From Candidatus Marinacidobacterales bacterium (GTDB lineage: Bacteria; Acidobacteriota; Vicinamibacteria; Marinacidobacterales; DATDRI01): 64,000 bases of DNA. Below are positions 53,141 to 63,119 of the stretch, piece after piece. The stretch is from positions 960,001 through 1,024,000 of the forward strand of contig OZ244742.1 in NCBI GenBank assembly GCA_965219415.1, written 5' to 3'. Made by a program: the position numbers and the translations under genes. Position 1 is the first letter of the stretch; every line of letters begins with the position of its first letter. Below the pieces are notes generated by a model. That model did not search any database, had not been told where the DNA came from, and saw nothing but the letters and a program-made list of their open reading frames with translations.

Positions 53141-53307
53141 TCAGCCTTCTAAGAGCGGAACTCAGAAAACGAATGCTCTCCGAAAAGAAATGCCTCCACC
53201 GAATCCCATCATACCACGGCCGATAGCCGCCCCCGGACGGGGCGGCGCAGCGAGCATAACGAAAGGACTCGAGGAGGCTTCGTTGTGTCGAGTCGTTCTA
53301 CGAGGCG

Positions 53308-53568
53308 CTACTTAGCGAAGTAGGCGGCGTTCTTCTCGACGTATTCCTTCCACTTGTCGGGCAACTCTTCTTCGGGAAAGATGGCGGTAACCGGGCAGAC
53401 CGGTTCACAAGCCCCGCAGTCGATGCAGGTCTCGTTATCGATGTAGAGCTGCTCTACGGCTTCGAACTCCTTTGAGTCCTTCACGGGGTGAATGCAATCA
53501 ACCGGGCATACCTCCACGCAGGCGGTGTCCTTCGTCCCGATGCAAGGCTCAGCAATGATGTAAGCCAT
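53308..53568 (-). CDS. 7Fe ([3Fe-4S][4Fe-4S]) ferredoxin
   Basis: CIGTKDTACVEVCPVDC and CIDCGACEPVCP. Confidence 0.93.
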   Translation of the reverse strand: MAYIIAEPCIGTKDTACVEVCPVDCIHPVKDSKEFEAVEQLYIDNETCIDCGACEPVCPVTAIFPEEELPDKWKEYVEKNAAYFAK

Positions 53569-53589
53569 TCTCCTTCTCCTCCTTACAGA

Positions 53590-55089
53590 TCAAAAGGTTT
53601 CAAATATCTTGGTCGAGTACTCTGTTATCTGATCCAAATAGCCCCATAGTAGGAGGCCAATCACATTCGGCACCAGCAATAGAATGAGCAAGCCAAAGTA
53701 TATCGGATGAAGCTCCAGTCGGCTGGAATCGCCGCTCGAGTCGACTTCGATGACCATGGTCTTGATGATCTTCATATAGTAATAGGCGGCGATGGCCGCA
53801 TTCAAGACGCCGACCACCGCGAACCAGCCAAATCCCGCTTGGATGACGGCAGCGAAGATGTAGAACTTCGCGAGAAACCCGGCGAACGGGGGAATACCCA
53901 TCAACGACAAGAGGAAGATGGCCATCGCGACGGTCAACATCGGCGAGCGTTTCCAAATACCCGCGTAGTCCTTGACGTCGAAGCTCCCCACGTTGTCATG
54001 GACGACGATCACTACCAGAAAAGCCCCCAGGTTCATGAACAAGTAGATGACCATATAGGCCAGCATGGCCTGGATGCCTTCCTCGGAAAGAACCACCGCT
54101 CCCATCAAGATGTAACCTGCGTGAGCGATGCTCGAGTACGCCAACAGTCGCTTGACGTTCGATTGAAGGAGCGCCGCTACGTTTCCCAGCGTCATGGTGA
54201 CAACCGACATACCGATCAGAAGGGCTTGCCAATTGACCGGGCCGACCATTTCTGCGGTCTCCGCCCCCCGCTGTGCCATGCCACCGAAGAAGAACCGAAT
54301 GAGCACCGCGAACCCAGCCACCTTCGGACCTACCGACAGGAACGCCGTCACCGGCGTGGGAGCGCCGGTATAGACATCCGGACACCAGAAATGAAACGGA
54401 ACCACCGCGGTCTTGAACCCGATCCCAGCTAGTACCAGAATCACAATGAACAACAGCGTCGGTCCTGCCTCGCTGGCGGCTCCTTGGCCTATGAGCGCCG
54501 CTCGGATCTCATAGAGGTCGAGCGTTCCTGTGAGCCCGTAGAGTAGCGACAAACCGTAGAGCATGGTTCCGGTCGCGATCGCGCCGAACAAAATGTACTT
54601 GAGCGACGCCTCGTTCGAGAGCCGTTCCCCCTTCAAGTAACCGACCATGATGTAAGAACAAACGGATACCATCTCCAGCGACAGGTAAATCATGAGGAGA
54701 TTGATGGAGTTTGCCATCCACATCATGGATACGGTCACCGCGAGAAGCAGAGCTAAGAGCTCTCCCTGGTTCAACCTCGACAGTTCGCGCGAAGGAACGG
54801 ACAGAAGCAGGACCAAGATGGCGGTCAGGATGAACAGAGCCCGAAGCAGCACGCCGAAGTGGTCGAGGACGACCATCCTAGTAAAGAGCGTGCCTTGGGG
54901 CGCGTCACCCAGCATGATCGTATAGAACCCCGCTAGAACCAACCCCGCCAAAGCGATGGCCACCGTTCCCCATCGCCGATCCTGGCGCCCTTTGAGGGCG
55001 AGATCGACCACAATCACGACGGCAAGAGCCCACACCAAGATCAGCTCCGGCAGAAAATACTTGAGACTGTCAAGGGTTCCGAGCGCCAT
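53590..55089 (-). CDS. nuoN: NADH-quinone oxidoreductase subunit N
   Basis: EASLKY, FKTAVVPFHFWCPDVY, KRLLAYSSIAHAGY, GIPPFAGF. Confidence 0.93.
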   Translation of the reverse strand: MALGTLDSLKYFLPELILVWALAVVIVVDLALKGRQDRRWGTVAIALAGLVLAGFYTIMLGDAPQGTLFTRMVVLDHFGVLLRALFILTAILVLLLSVPSRELSRLNQGELLALLLAVTVSMMWMANSINLLMIYLSLEMVSVCSYIMVGYLKGERLSNEASLKYILFGAIATGTMLYGLSLLYGLTGTLDLYEIRAALIGQGAASEAGPTLLFIVILVLAGIGFKTAVVPFHFWCPDVYTGAPTPVTAFLSVGPKVAGFAVLIRFFFGGMAQRGAETAEMVGPVNWQALLIGMSVVTMTLGNVAALLQSNVKRLLAYSSIAHAGYILMGAVVLSEEGIQAMLAYMVIYLFMNLGAFLVVIVVHDNVGSFDVKDYAGIWKRSPMLTVAMAIFLLSLMGIPPFAGFLAKFYIFAAVIQAGFGWFAVVGVLNAAIAAYYYMKIIKTMVIEVDSSGDSSRLELHPIYFGLLILLLVPNVIGLLLWGYLDQITEYSTKIFETF

Positions 55090-55094
55090 CGTGC

Positions 55095-55400
55095 CTATCC
55101 TTTGAGGGCGGTAGCCTCATCCAGGTTCACGCTCTTCAAGATCCGGTAGAGTGAGAGAACGATAGCCAGTGCCACCGCCGCCTCGGAGGCCGCAATGACG
55201 ATGACGAACACCGCAAAGACTTGACCGGAGAGATCAGAGGATGAAAAGCGCGAAAAAGCGACCAAATTGATGTTGGCGGAGTTGAAGATCAACTCGATGG
55301 ACATCAAAACGTTGACCGCGTTTTTCCGGGTGAGCACCCCCAACAACCCCAGTGAGAAGAGGGCCGCGGAGACCATCAAGTAGTGTTCGAGAGGAATCAC
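55095..55400 (-). CDS. nuoK: NADH-quinone oxidoreductase subunit K
   Basis: LMSIEL, AASEAAVALAI. Confidence 0.93.
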   Translation of the reverse strand: MIPLEHYLMVSAALFSLGLLGVLTRKNAVNVLMSIELIFNSANINLVAFSRFSSSDLSGQVFAVFVIVIAASEAAVALAIVLSLYRILKSVNLDEATALKG

Positions 55401-55906
55401 AGGTCGGACCTCCGCCGCACCATCATCGCGGCGCCGATCAGGGCTATCAGCAGCAACACCGACGCCGCCTCGAAAGGCAGGATGTACTTGGTCATGAACA
55501 ATTCACCGATACTCGCCGTCGTCGGTCCCTCGAACGCGGCGAATCCCAAACTTTTCCACGGCGTTTGGTAGATGAGGTAAGCGATCGTCAAGAACACCGC
55601 CGTCGCAACGCCCAGCCCCGGCCAGAATTGGATGGTCGCGGTTTGGAGACTCATGCCGTAGACGCGATGGGTCAACATGACACCGAAAAGCAACAAGATG
55701 AGGATCCCGCCGACGTAAATGAGTACTTGCGCGCCGGCGAGAAGATCGGCCCCCAGCAAAACGTAAAAGACCGCAACCCCGAAAAAGGTGGCCAGCAGAG
55801 CAAAGGCTGAGTGAACCAGGCTTCGACCCAGCACAACGAGCGCCGCGGAGCTCACGACCAGGACCGCGAATGTATAAAAAACAACTTGAGTCGCGAGCTC
55901 TCCCAT
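55397..55906 (-). CDS. nuoJ: NADH-quinone oxidoreductase subunit J
   Basis: QVLIYVGGI, PFEAASVLLL. Confidence 0.92.
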   Translation of the reverse strand: MGELATQVVFYTFAVLVVSSAALVVLGRSLVHSAFALLATFFGVAVFYVLLGADLLAGAQVLIYVGGILILLLFGVMLTHRVYGMSLQTATIQFWPGLGVATAVFLTIAYLIYQTPWKSLGFAAFEGPTTASIGELFMTKYILPFEAASVLLLIALIGAAMMVRRRSDL

Positions 55907-55916
55907 GGCCAGCTAA

Positions 55917-56453
55917 CTACTCCCCTCCCGCCGCCGCGGGCACCGGCTCCTTCTTGGGCTCGGGCGGGCTAGGTTGGTCCTTGGCGAACCGATAGAGCAG
56001 ATTCCCCTTTTCGCTCTCGGCAAACTCATACTCCGGTGTCATCACGATGCAATCCGTGGGGCAAGGGTAGACACAGAGCGCACAATAGCAGCAGAGCGAC
56101 ATATCGATGTCGAACTGCGGCACGTTGAGCTTGATGGCCGTTCCGTCGGTAGCAAAGATCGGCGCCGCGTCCTTTTCCCGCTTTTCGGCGGTAATGTAGA
56201 TGCAATCAACCGGACACGCCCTTTCGCACTGCTTGCACCCGATGCAATCCTCGATCTTGACGTGGAGTTTCATCCGCGAGCGGTAGCTAAGCAGTCCCTC
56301 GGGTACCAATAGAGACTTCCAGCGCTCCTCTGGTTTCTCGTCGGCCGCGTATTGCTGCGTCACGGAAGGCTTGAAGATATGCTTCAGAGTCACCAGCATA
56401 CCCTTGGCTACCGTGACCACGGCTTCGTACATATCGGTGAAGTACTGTTTCAT
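55917..56453 (-). CDS. nuoI: NADH-quinone oxidoreductase subunit I
   Basis: CIGCKQCERACP and CCYCALCVYPCP. Confidence 0.92.
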   Translation of the reverse strand: MKQYFTDMYEAVVTVAKGMLVTLKHIFKPSVTQQYAADEKPEERWKSLLVPEGLLSYRSRMKLHVKIEDCIGCKQCERACPVDCIYITAEKREKDAAPIFATDGTAIKLNVPQFDIDMSLCCYCALCVYPCPTDCIVMTPEYEFAESEKGNLLYRFAKDQPSPPEPKKEPVPAAAGGE

Positions 56454-56460
56454 CGGTCTC

Positions 56461-57621
56461 CTAGCCCTTGAGCTCTAGAGAAAAGAAAGCCGCCACGATG
56501 AGAAGGACGAAGGCTATCGGGATCAAATACTTCCAGCACATGGCCATAAGCTGGTCGACTCGCAGCCGCGGCAGTGTCCAACGAAGCCACATCTGAACGA
56601 AGACCAGGAACATTGTTTTCGCCACGAACAGCAGCGAGTCGGGTATCAGCGGCTCGGCGAGAAACCCCTGCCATCCGCCCAGGAAGAGTACCGCGGTCAG
56701 CGCGCTGACCAAGAACATCGCGCCGTACTCGGCAAGGAAGAAAAAAGCGAATCGCATGCCGCTGTATTCGGTATGGAAGCCGGCGACCAACTCCGACTCC
56801 GCTTCCGGGAGGTCGAACGGAGTGCGGTTCGTCTCCGCTAAACCGCAAATAAAGAACACCACGAAGGCGATGAGGTTGATCGGGAACATTTGCCAATGGC
56901 CGCCACCAAAGATGAACCAGCTGAAAACGCCTCCCTGTTGGGCGACCACGACATCTTGGAGATTCAGGCTCCCCACCTGCACGACCACGACGAGAAGGGT
57001 GAGCACCGTCGGGATCTCATAACTCACGATTTGGGCAGCCGATCGCATGCCACCAAAGAGCGAGTACTTGTTGTTGGATGCCCAGCCCGCCATCAAGATC
57101 CCAATCGCGTTGAGAGAACCGATGGCTACGATGTAGAGAAGACCGATGTTGAGGTCCGAGACCACCAGACCGTCTCCCCATGGAATCACTGCAAAGGCGG
57201 CGAAACTGCCGGCCACTACCAAGTACGGCGCTAAACGGAAGAGCGGTTTGTCCCCTCCTGCGGGGATGATGTCTTCCTTGAAGAGTAGCTTGATGCCGTC
57301 GGCAAAACTCTGCAACACGCCGTGCCAGCCGACGCGCATCGGCCCGAGTCGATCTTGAGTGTGCGCGGCGACTTTTCTTTCGAACCAGATGGCGAAGATG
57401 GGAAACAGTGACAGGAACCCCACGATCGCGGCGACGCCAAGCCCCCTTCCCACCGCCGGACGCAACTCCTCCGGTAAATAGGACTCGATCAGACCGGCCA
57501 CCAAACCAGCGATAACCGGAAGCGCACCGATGGCAATGACGAACCCCACCGCGCCGAGGACGACGGCGGCCGAAACCACCGGCAGTATCTTCATCTCGAT
57601 CTGCCGCTGGCGCGTAATCAT
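56461..57621 (-). CDS. nuoH: NADH-quinone oxidoreductase subunit H
   Basis: ERKVAA..QDRLGP, AETNRTPFDLPEAESELVAG. Confidence 0.95.
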   Translation of the reverse strand: MITRQRQIEMKILPVVSAAVVLGAVGFVIAIGALPVIAGLVAGLIESYLPEELRPAVGRGLGVAAIVGFLSLFPIFAIWFERKVAAHTQDRLGPMRVGWHGVLQSFADGIKLLFKEDIIPAGGDKPLFRLAPYLVVAGSFAAFAVIPWGDGLVVSDLNIGLLYIVAIGSLNAIGILMAGWASNNKYSLFGGMRSAAQIVSYEIPTVLTLLVVVVQVGSLNLQDVVVAQQGGVFSWFIFGGGHWQMFPINLIAFVVFFICGLAETNRTPFDLPEAESELVAGFHTEYSGMRFAFFFLAEYGAMFLVSALTAVLFLGGWQGFLAEPLIPDSLLFVAKTMFLVFVQMWLRWTLPRLRVDQLMAMCWKYLIPIAFVLLIVAAFFSLELKG

Positions 57622-58793
57622 TAGCGATCGATCTCCCCGAGAACGATGTCCAAACTGCCGATGATCGCCACCATGTCCGCGATCATCTCGCCACGGGCGA
57701 TCTCCTGGAAAACGCTCATGGCCACAAAACAGGGCGAACGCCCCCTGACGCGAGACGGAATGAGACCGCCATCACTCACGACGTAGTAAGCAAGCTCCCC
57801 GCGGGGCGTCTCGGTACGCAGATAGGCCTCACCCTTCGGAGGCTTGACCCGCTTCGGAACGCGCTCGTGCACGTCGCCTTCCGGCAGCCGATCCAGAGTC
57901 TGTAGGATGATCTTGCAACTCTCGCGCATTTCGAGGACGCGGACGTAGTACCGATCCCAGCACGAACCGATGGGTCCATGCTCTCCGGTGCCGATCGGAA
58001 CCTCGAAATCATAGTTCTCGTACTCGCAGTAAGGTTCTTCCTTGCGAATATCCCATTTGATGCCGGAACCGCGCAGATTGGGGCCGCTAATCGCATAATT
58101 AACAGCCAGGTCCGGCGGGAGGATGCCGACGGTTGCGGTGCGCTTGGTGAAGATCTTGTTGAAGCTCAGCAGCTGATCTACTTCGTCGATGGTGTGCCCG
58201 AACTGATCGACGAAGTATCGGCACTTTGCCACCCAGCCGTCGGGTAGGTCGTGAGAGACACCGCCGACCCAGTTGTAGTTGTAAAGGAGCCGCGCGCCAC
58301 AAAGCCATTCGAAGAGATCGAGCACCATCTCCCGATCCCGAAAACAGTGAAGAAAAGGTGTGAAGGCACCGATATCGATTCCGTATGTTCCCACCGAGAG
58401 CAGATGACTCGCGATCCTCTGGAGTTCCGCCATCAACACCCTGATGGTGTTGACGCGGTCATTGACTTGGATGCCCATCAATTTTTCGATGGTCAGGGCA
58501 TAGGTAAGGCTATTGGCCATCGAGGCGACGTAGTCCATTCGATCGGTGAAGGGAATGACACCGGAGTAATCGATATTCTCGGCGTGCTTCTCGAAATTAC
58601 GATGTAGATAGCCGATGTGCGGGCGAGCTTCCTTGACCACCTCGCCGTCTGTCAGGAGCTCGACCCGAAGTACGCCATGGGTCGACGGGTGCTGCGGACC
58701 CATGTTGAGGACCATATCGTCCCCGTGGTACGCCTCGATGGTGAAGGTGGGCGTTTCCTCTGACCAGGGGATCTTGTTTGCGGGTTCAACCAT
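57621..58793 (-). CDS. nuoD: NADH-quinone oxidoreductase subunit D
   Basis: NMGPQHPSTHGVL, DRMDY, DIVLGEIDR. Confidence 0.95.
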   Translation of the reverse strand: MVEPANKIPWSEETPTFTIEAYHGDDMVLNMGPQHPSTHGVLRVELLTDGEVVKEARPHIGYLHRNFEKHAENIDYSGVIPFTDRMDYVASMANSLTYALTIEKLMGIQVNDRVNTIRVLMAELQRIASHLLSVGTYGIDIGAFTPFLHCFRDREMVLDLFEWLCGARLLYNYNWVGGVSHDLPDGWVAKCRYFVDQFGHTIDEVDQLLSFNKIFTKRTATVGILPPDLAVNYAISGPNLRGSGIKWDIRKEEPYCEYENYDFEVPIGTGEHGPIGSCWDRYYVRVLEMRESCKIILQTLDRLPEGDVHERVPKRVKPPKGEAYLRTETPRGELAYYVVSDGGLIPSRVRGRSPCFVAMSVFQEIARGEMIADMVAIIGSLDIVLGEIDR

Positions 58794-58806
58794 GCGTTTT
58801 ATGTGT

Positions 58807-59009
58807 TAATCAAAAGGCCCCACACCGAGCTTCTCGCCGGCAACACTTGGTGCTCGCGGGGCCCCACCCCCACTCGCGGCGCTCGCTCCTCGCTCGCGCC
58901 CAAAACCACGGCCGGATTCCCTTGCCGTTCATTTTCGTTGGCAATTCCTCCCGGCCGACGTCGGGCGGAAACTCGGCTAATCAAAAGGCCCCACTCCGAG
59001 TTTCTCGCC
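58807..59009. repeat. 32-bp direct repeat of the nuoC 3' end flanking a 139-bp REP-like insert
   Basis: 58807-58838 vs 58978-59009, 30/32 identical; both copies encode [10 protein letters not shown]. Confidence 0.9.
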
Positions 59010-59516
59010 CTCCTTAACTCTCTGGACCATTTGCTTTCCGGGTTTGACGGGAATGCCGTGCCACTCTTCCGGCCATTCCCAATCCTTCTTGAGGGGGTGG
59101 CCTTCCCAGTCATCAGGTAACAAGATGCGGCGCGGGTCGCTGTGGCCATCGAACCAAACGCCATAGAGGTCGTAGGCTTCACGCTCGTGCCAGTTGGCGG
59201 TCTTCCAGACGTTCTCGACCGTCGGTACCTTGGCTCCTTCGCGAGGAACCTCGACCTTGAGAACGATCCAATGTCGATGCTTCATGGAGGAGAGGTGATA
59301 GACGACCTCCATCTTCTCTTCCTTGGGATAGTCGGCGCCCGAAAGATTGTGGAGGGTATCGAAAGCCAACTCGGGATCGTCGCGGAGCCACCTGCCGATT
59401 TCGGCGATGGCGGCACCATCTACCACGATGAAGGGATCGATGACTTCGAGCTCGGCTCGTTTGATCTTGCCGGGAAACTTCGCCTCGAGTCTTTGCTGGA
59501 TATCGGAAGCCGTCAT
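58977..59516 (-). CDS. nuoC: NADH-quinone oxidoreductase subunit C
   Basis: [29 protein letters not shown]. Confidence 0.95.
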   Translation of the reverse strand: MTASDIQQRLEAKFPGKIKRAELEVIDPFIVVDGAAIAEIGRWLRDDPELAFDTLHNLSGADYPKEEKMEVVYHLSSMKHRHWIVLKVEVPREGAKVPTVENVWKTANWHEREAYDLYGVWFDGHSDPRRILLPDDWEGHPLKKDWEWPEEWHGIPVKPGKQMVQRVKEGEKLGVGPFD

Positions 59517-60037
59517 GCTTTTGTCGCCGCCTCGACCGGCTGTCTTCCTTCGCGGGGATCGTCCAAGAGCGAGCGCTCACGAATCACATCTTGAAGTTTC
59601 ATCACACCGTACAACAGAGCTTCCGGCCGCGGCGGGCAACCGGGAACGTAGACATCAACCGGAATAACGAGGTCAACCCCCTTGACGACGTGGTACCCGT
59701 ACTGCCAATACGGTCCCCCGTTGTTGGAGCAGCTTCCCATTGAGATCACGTACTTGGGCTCGGCCATTTGCTCGTAAAGTCTCTTGATGCGAATCGCCAT
59801 CTTGTGCGTGACGGTCCCGGCCACGATCATCAAATCGGATTGCCGCGGCGTTGCCCGGGGGATCATGCCGAGTCGGTCCCAATCGAAACGACTCGCACCG
59901 GCGGCCATCATTTCGATGGCGCAGCACGCAAGTCCAAAAGTCATCGGCCAAAGCGCGGAGAGCCGGGCCCAGTTGACCACCTGATCCACCGTGGTCAGGG
60001 CGATGCGACTCGCACCTAGGGTCTTGATAAGGTCCAT
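59513..60037 (-). CDS. nuoB: NADH-quinone oxidoreductase subunit B
   Basis: [21 protein letters not shown]. Confidence 0.95.
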   Translation of the reverse strand: MDLIKTLGASRIALTTVDQVVNWARLSALWPMTFGLACCAIEMMAAGASRFDWDRLGMIPRATPRQSDLMIVAGTVTHKMAIRIKRLYEQMAEPKYVISMGSCSNNGGPYWQYGYHVVKGVDLVIPVDVYVPGCPPRPEALLYGVMKLQDVIRERSLLDDPREGRQPVEAATKA

Positions 60038-60049
60038 AGCTCGGTTTCT

Positions 60050-60472
60050 CTACGCTACTTTCTCAGCCTCGGAGATACTGTCCGTTTGATGATGGGGAGC
60101 GCGGTCCTCGGTACGAACCCACTCCAGGTCTCCCTTGACCCAAAGGTAGGCGAGGCCGAGGGCGAGAATCGCGATAAAGATGAGGCCCTCGACGAAAGCG
60201 AAGAGCCCCAAGTCCTGGTAGACGACCGCCCACGGGAACAAGAAGACGGCTTCTACATCGAAAATGATGAAGACCAGCGCGAAAACGTAGAACCGGATGT
60301 TGAACTGCACCCAAGGTGAGCCTACCGGGTTCTCGCCACATTCGTAGGGTATGTATTTCTCGGCGGTGAACTTGCTCGGCCGTACTAGAGACGCAACAAT
60401 GAGGGTCCCACAGACGAAGAGTATGGCCGCCACGAGGAAAAAGAGCACGGCGAGGAAATCCACCATTTCCAT
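60050..60472 (-). CDS. nuoA: NADH-quinone oxidoreductase subunit A
   Basis: [24 protein letters not shown]. Confidence 0.95.
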   Translation of the reverse strand: MEMVDFLAVLFFLVAAILFVCGTLIVASLVRPSKFTAEKYIPYECGENPVGSPWVQFNIRFYVFALVFIIFDVEAVFLFPWAVVYQDLGLFAFVEGLIFIAILALGLAYLWVKGDLEWVRTEDRAPHHQTDSISEAEKVA

Positions 60473-60616
60473 CGGTTTTACCTCACGAAAGTCCCACTAA
60501 CGGTCATTATTTCAATCGTTTCTTGACGCCGCAACTCAGGCCGACGACTGGAGACCGTGCAAGAACCCCTACACAAAAAACTTGCGGCCGGCCTCGCCGA
60601 CCGCACTGGCGCGGGT

Positions 60617-60645
60617 ATTATATTCAGAGGTTTCGGGGCGGGCAA
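60617..60645 (-). promoter_or_regulatory. Sigma70-type promoter of the nuo operon
   Basis: TTGCCC-17-TATAAT on the minus strand, about 145 nt upstream of nuoA. Confidence 0.55.
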
Positions 60646-60715
60646 CAACAAAAAATGGGGGAAATTCCCACCCGCGACGCCCCTATCCTCTATGTGTATC
60701 CCCTTGCATATCGGG

Positions 60716-61717
60716 TCAGCCCATTTCCCGCGTCAGGGCATCGGCGTATTCGTTGGTCGACGAGCTTCCGCCCAGATCCGGCGTTCGCACGTCTCCTTTC
60801 TCGAGTACTCGAAAACAGGCCGCTAGGGCCCGATCCGCGGCGTCGTTCTCACCGATGTGTCTCAACATGAGTATCGCCGAAAAGATCAAAGCGGTCGGGT
60901 TGGCGACTCCCTTCCCAGCAATGTCTGGTGCGCTGCCATGCACGGCCTCGAAGACAGCATGGGACTCCCCAATATTGGCTGCGGGCACCAGGCCCAGCCC
61001 ACCCACTAGGCCGGCGGCCAAATCCGAGACGATGTCCCCATAGAGGTTGGACAACAAGAGGATATCGAATTGATCGGGATCCAACACCAACTGCATGCAC
61101 AGGTTATCGACGATCTTGTCGTCGAATTCGACTTCCGGAAACCCCTCGGCCACTTTGCGGGCGCTATCCAAGAAGAGCCCGTCGGTGAGCTTCATGATGT
61201 TGGCTTTGTGGACCGCCGTCACTTTGTGCCGTTGTCGCCGGCGCGCATACTCGAAGGCGAATCGCGCGATTCGCGTGGAGGCGTGAGATGTGATCACCTT
61301 CAGCCCTTGGGTCACACCGGGCATGATCATGTGCTCGATGCCGGAGTAGAGATCCTCGGTGTTCTCCCTCACGATCACCAGGCTTACGTCTTCGTAGCGA
61401 CTCTTCACTCCTGGGACGCTCCGAACGGGCCGCAGGTTCGCATAAAGATCGAGCCCCTTTCTCAAAGCCACGTTGGCGCTCGGGAAGCCTTCCCCGATTA
61501 GCGTGGTGAGTGGACCCTTGAGGGCCAACCCGTTTTGTCGGATCGACTCCAAGAGCTCTTCAGGCAAAGGGTTTCCAGTCTTTTCGAACGCCCGAATACC
61601 CGCCTCGTGTCTATCCCACTCGAACGCCACGCCGGTGGCATCGAGCACCCGCAGGGTGGCATCGGTGATCTCGGGGCCGATCCCGTCACCGGGAATGAGT
61701 GTAATCCTATATGCCAT
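60716..61717 (-). CDS. Isocitrate dehydrogenase (NAD-dependent type; isocitrate/isopropylmalate family)
   Basis: PGDGIGPE, RENTEDLY, HKANIMK, NLYGDIVSD, EAVHGSAPDIAG. Confidence 0.9.
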   Translation of the reverse strand: MAYRITLIPGDGIGPEITDATLRVLDATGVAFEWDRHEAGIRAFEKTGNPLPEELLESIRQNGLALKGPLTTLIGEGFPSANVALRKGLDLYANLRPVRSVPGVKSRYEDVSLVIVRENTEDLYSGIEHMIMPGVTQGLKVITSHASTRIARFAFEYARRRQRHKVTAVHKANIMKLTDGLFLDSARKVAEGFPEVEFDDKIVDNLCMQLVLDPDQFDILLLSNLYGDIVSDLAAGLVGGLGLVPAANIGESHAVFEAVHGSAPDIAGKGVANPTALIFSAILMLRHIGENDAADRALAACFRVLEKGDVRTPDLGGSSSTNEYADALTREMG

Positions 61718-61784
61718 TGGTGGATCCGAATGAAGATCTTAACATGGATAAGCCTCATCCTGATGCTAAGATGGCGGGAGGGCC

Positions 61785-62510
61785 ATGAAGCTTTCCGTTG
61801 TCGTTCCCACTCTTAACGAGGAGCGCTGTCTTAAGCGCGCGCTGGCGTCGATTCCTCGAGGAGCGGAGATCGTTGTCGCGGATGGTCGAAGCGAGGATCG
61901 TACGCGGGAGATCGCCGCAAAGCAGGGTGCCCGCGTGATCGAGGGCGCGCCCGGCCGAGGAGCACAAATGAACCTTGGCGCGAAGGCGACCAGCGGCGAC
62001 ACACTCTTGTTTCTCCACGCCGACTGCGAGCTCGGCCCTGGCGCGACCGAAGCCATTCGGATGGCTCTCGACGACAAGGAGGTCGTCGGAGGCTCGTTTG
62101 CTCTCCGGGTCCAACCGGCGAGCCTAGGGTTAGGCCTCGTGTCCCTGGGGTCGAACCTCCGGGCTCGCTACCTGGGTTTGCCATACGGAGATCAGGCGCT
62201 CTTCGTCCGTCGCTCTGAGTTCGAGCGTATCGGTGGCTATCCCGACATCCCCATCATGGAGGACGTCTACTTCGCGAAGCGGCTTCGGGCCAGGGGTCGG
62301 ATGGTCGCTCTCGACGTCCCGGTGACGACGACTCCCCGTCACTGGGAGCGGTTGGGACCCTTCGCTACCACCCTGGCGAATTGGATCGCGGTGAGCGCGT
62401 TCTTCTTGGGTGTCTCGCCCCACCGTCTCGCCCCCGTGTATCACCGGCTGAAGGGGAGCCGACCGCCCGACCCACCCTCCCGAGAACCGCTTGCGGTACC
62501 GAACGAGTAA
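61785..62510 (+). CDS. GT2 glycosyltransferase (TIGR04283-like)
   Basis: VPTLNE, GRGAQMN, FLHAD, PYGDQ, IMED. Confidence 0.87.
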   Translation: MKLSVVVPTLNEERCLKRALASIPRGAEIVVADGRSEDRTREIAAKQGARVIEGAPGRGAQMNLGAKATSGDTLLFLHADCELGPGATEAIRMALDDKEVVGGSFALRVQPASLGLGLVSLGSNLRARYLGLPYGDQALFVRRSEFERIGGYPDIPIMEDVYFAKRLRARGRMVALDVPVTTTPRHWERLGPFATTLANWIAVSAFFLGVSPHRLAPVYHRLKGSRPPDPPSREPLAVPNE

Positions 62511-62612
62511 GCGTAGGGCGAGCCTCAGTGAAGTCCTGGGAGTCTTGACTTCGCCTCGCGAAGCTGTCACCATTTTCGGTAATCCCCGGTCTTGAGGTAG
62601 GAGGAAGTCGCA

Positions 62613-63119
62613 ATGGGCGTGCCTTGTCCCCACTGCGAGACCGAGCTCCACGAGGACGTCGTTCGGCAGCTCGCAGCGGCGAAAGCGCTCTGTCCTCACT
62701 GCCAAGGCTCGCTCGATGTAGTGTTCATGGCAATGTCTGAAGTGGATGAAAAAGCGGCGGCCACCGAGGAGGTGAGCAGTAGTGCTCCTCCCGGCTCACT
62801 TTCAGACGACAAGAAGTACTCGCTCGAAGTCTTGGACGGCAACGAGCCGGGTCAGATCTTCCCGATCGAGAAACCGGAGACCATCATCGGGCGTCGCGGA
62901 TGTGACGTAAACCTGGACGACCCGGAAATCTCACGCCAGCACGTGAGCACCCAAGTCCATGGAGACGGCGCGACGCTCCAGGACCTGGGAAGCACTAATG
63001 GGACGTACGTTCAAGGGGCGCGCGTCATGGAAGCACAACTGCAGGACAATTCCGAGTTCCGCCTCGGAACCCATCAACTCGTCTTCCGCATTACCTTTCG
63101 CACCCCGCCCGCCGTTTAG
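62613..63119 (+). CDS. Zinc-ribbon + FHA domain protein
   Basis: CPHC x2; IGR..ISRQH..DLGSTNGT. Confidence 0.87.
   Translation: MGVPCPHCETELHEDVVRQLAAAKALCPHCQGSLDVVFMAMSEVDEKAAATEEVSSSAPPGSLSDDKKYSLEVLDGNEPGQIFPIEKPETIIGRRGCDVNLDDPEISRQHVSTQVHGDGATLQDLGSTNGTYVQGARVMEAQLQDNSEFRLGTHQLVFRITFRTPPAV

Noticed and set aside
61785-62510. Arsenosugar biosynthesis cluster
   Set aside because: The glycosyltransferase is alone; no arsM or arsS in the window
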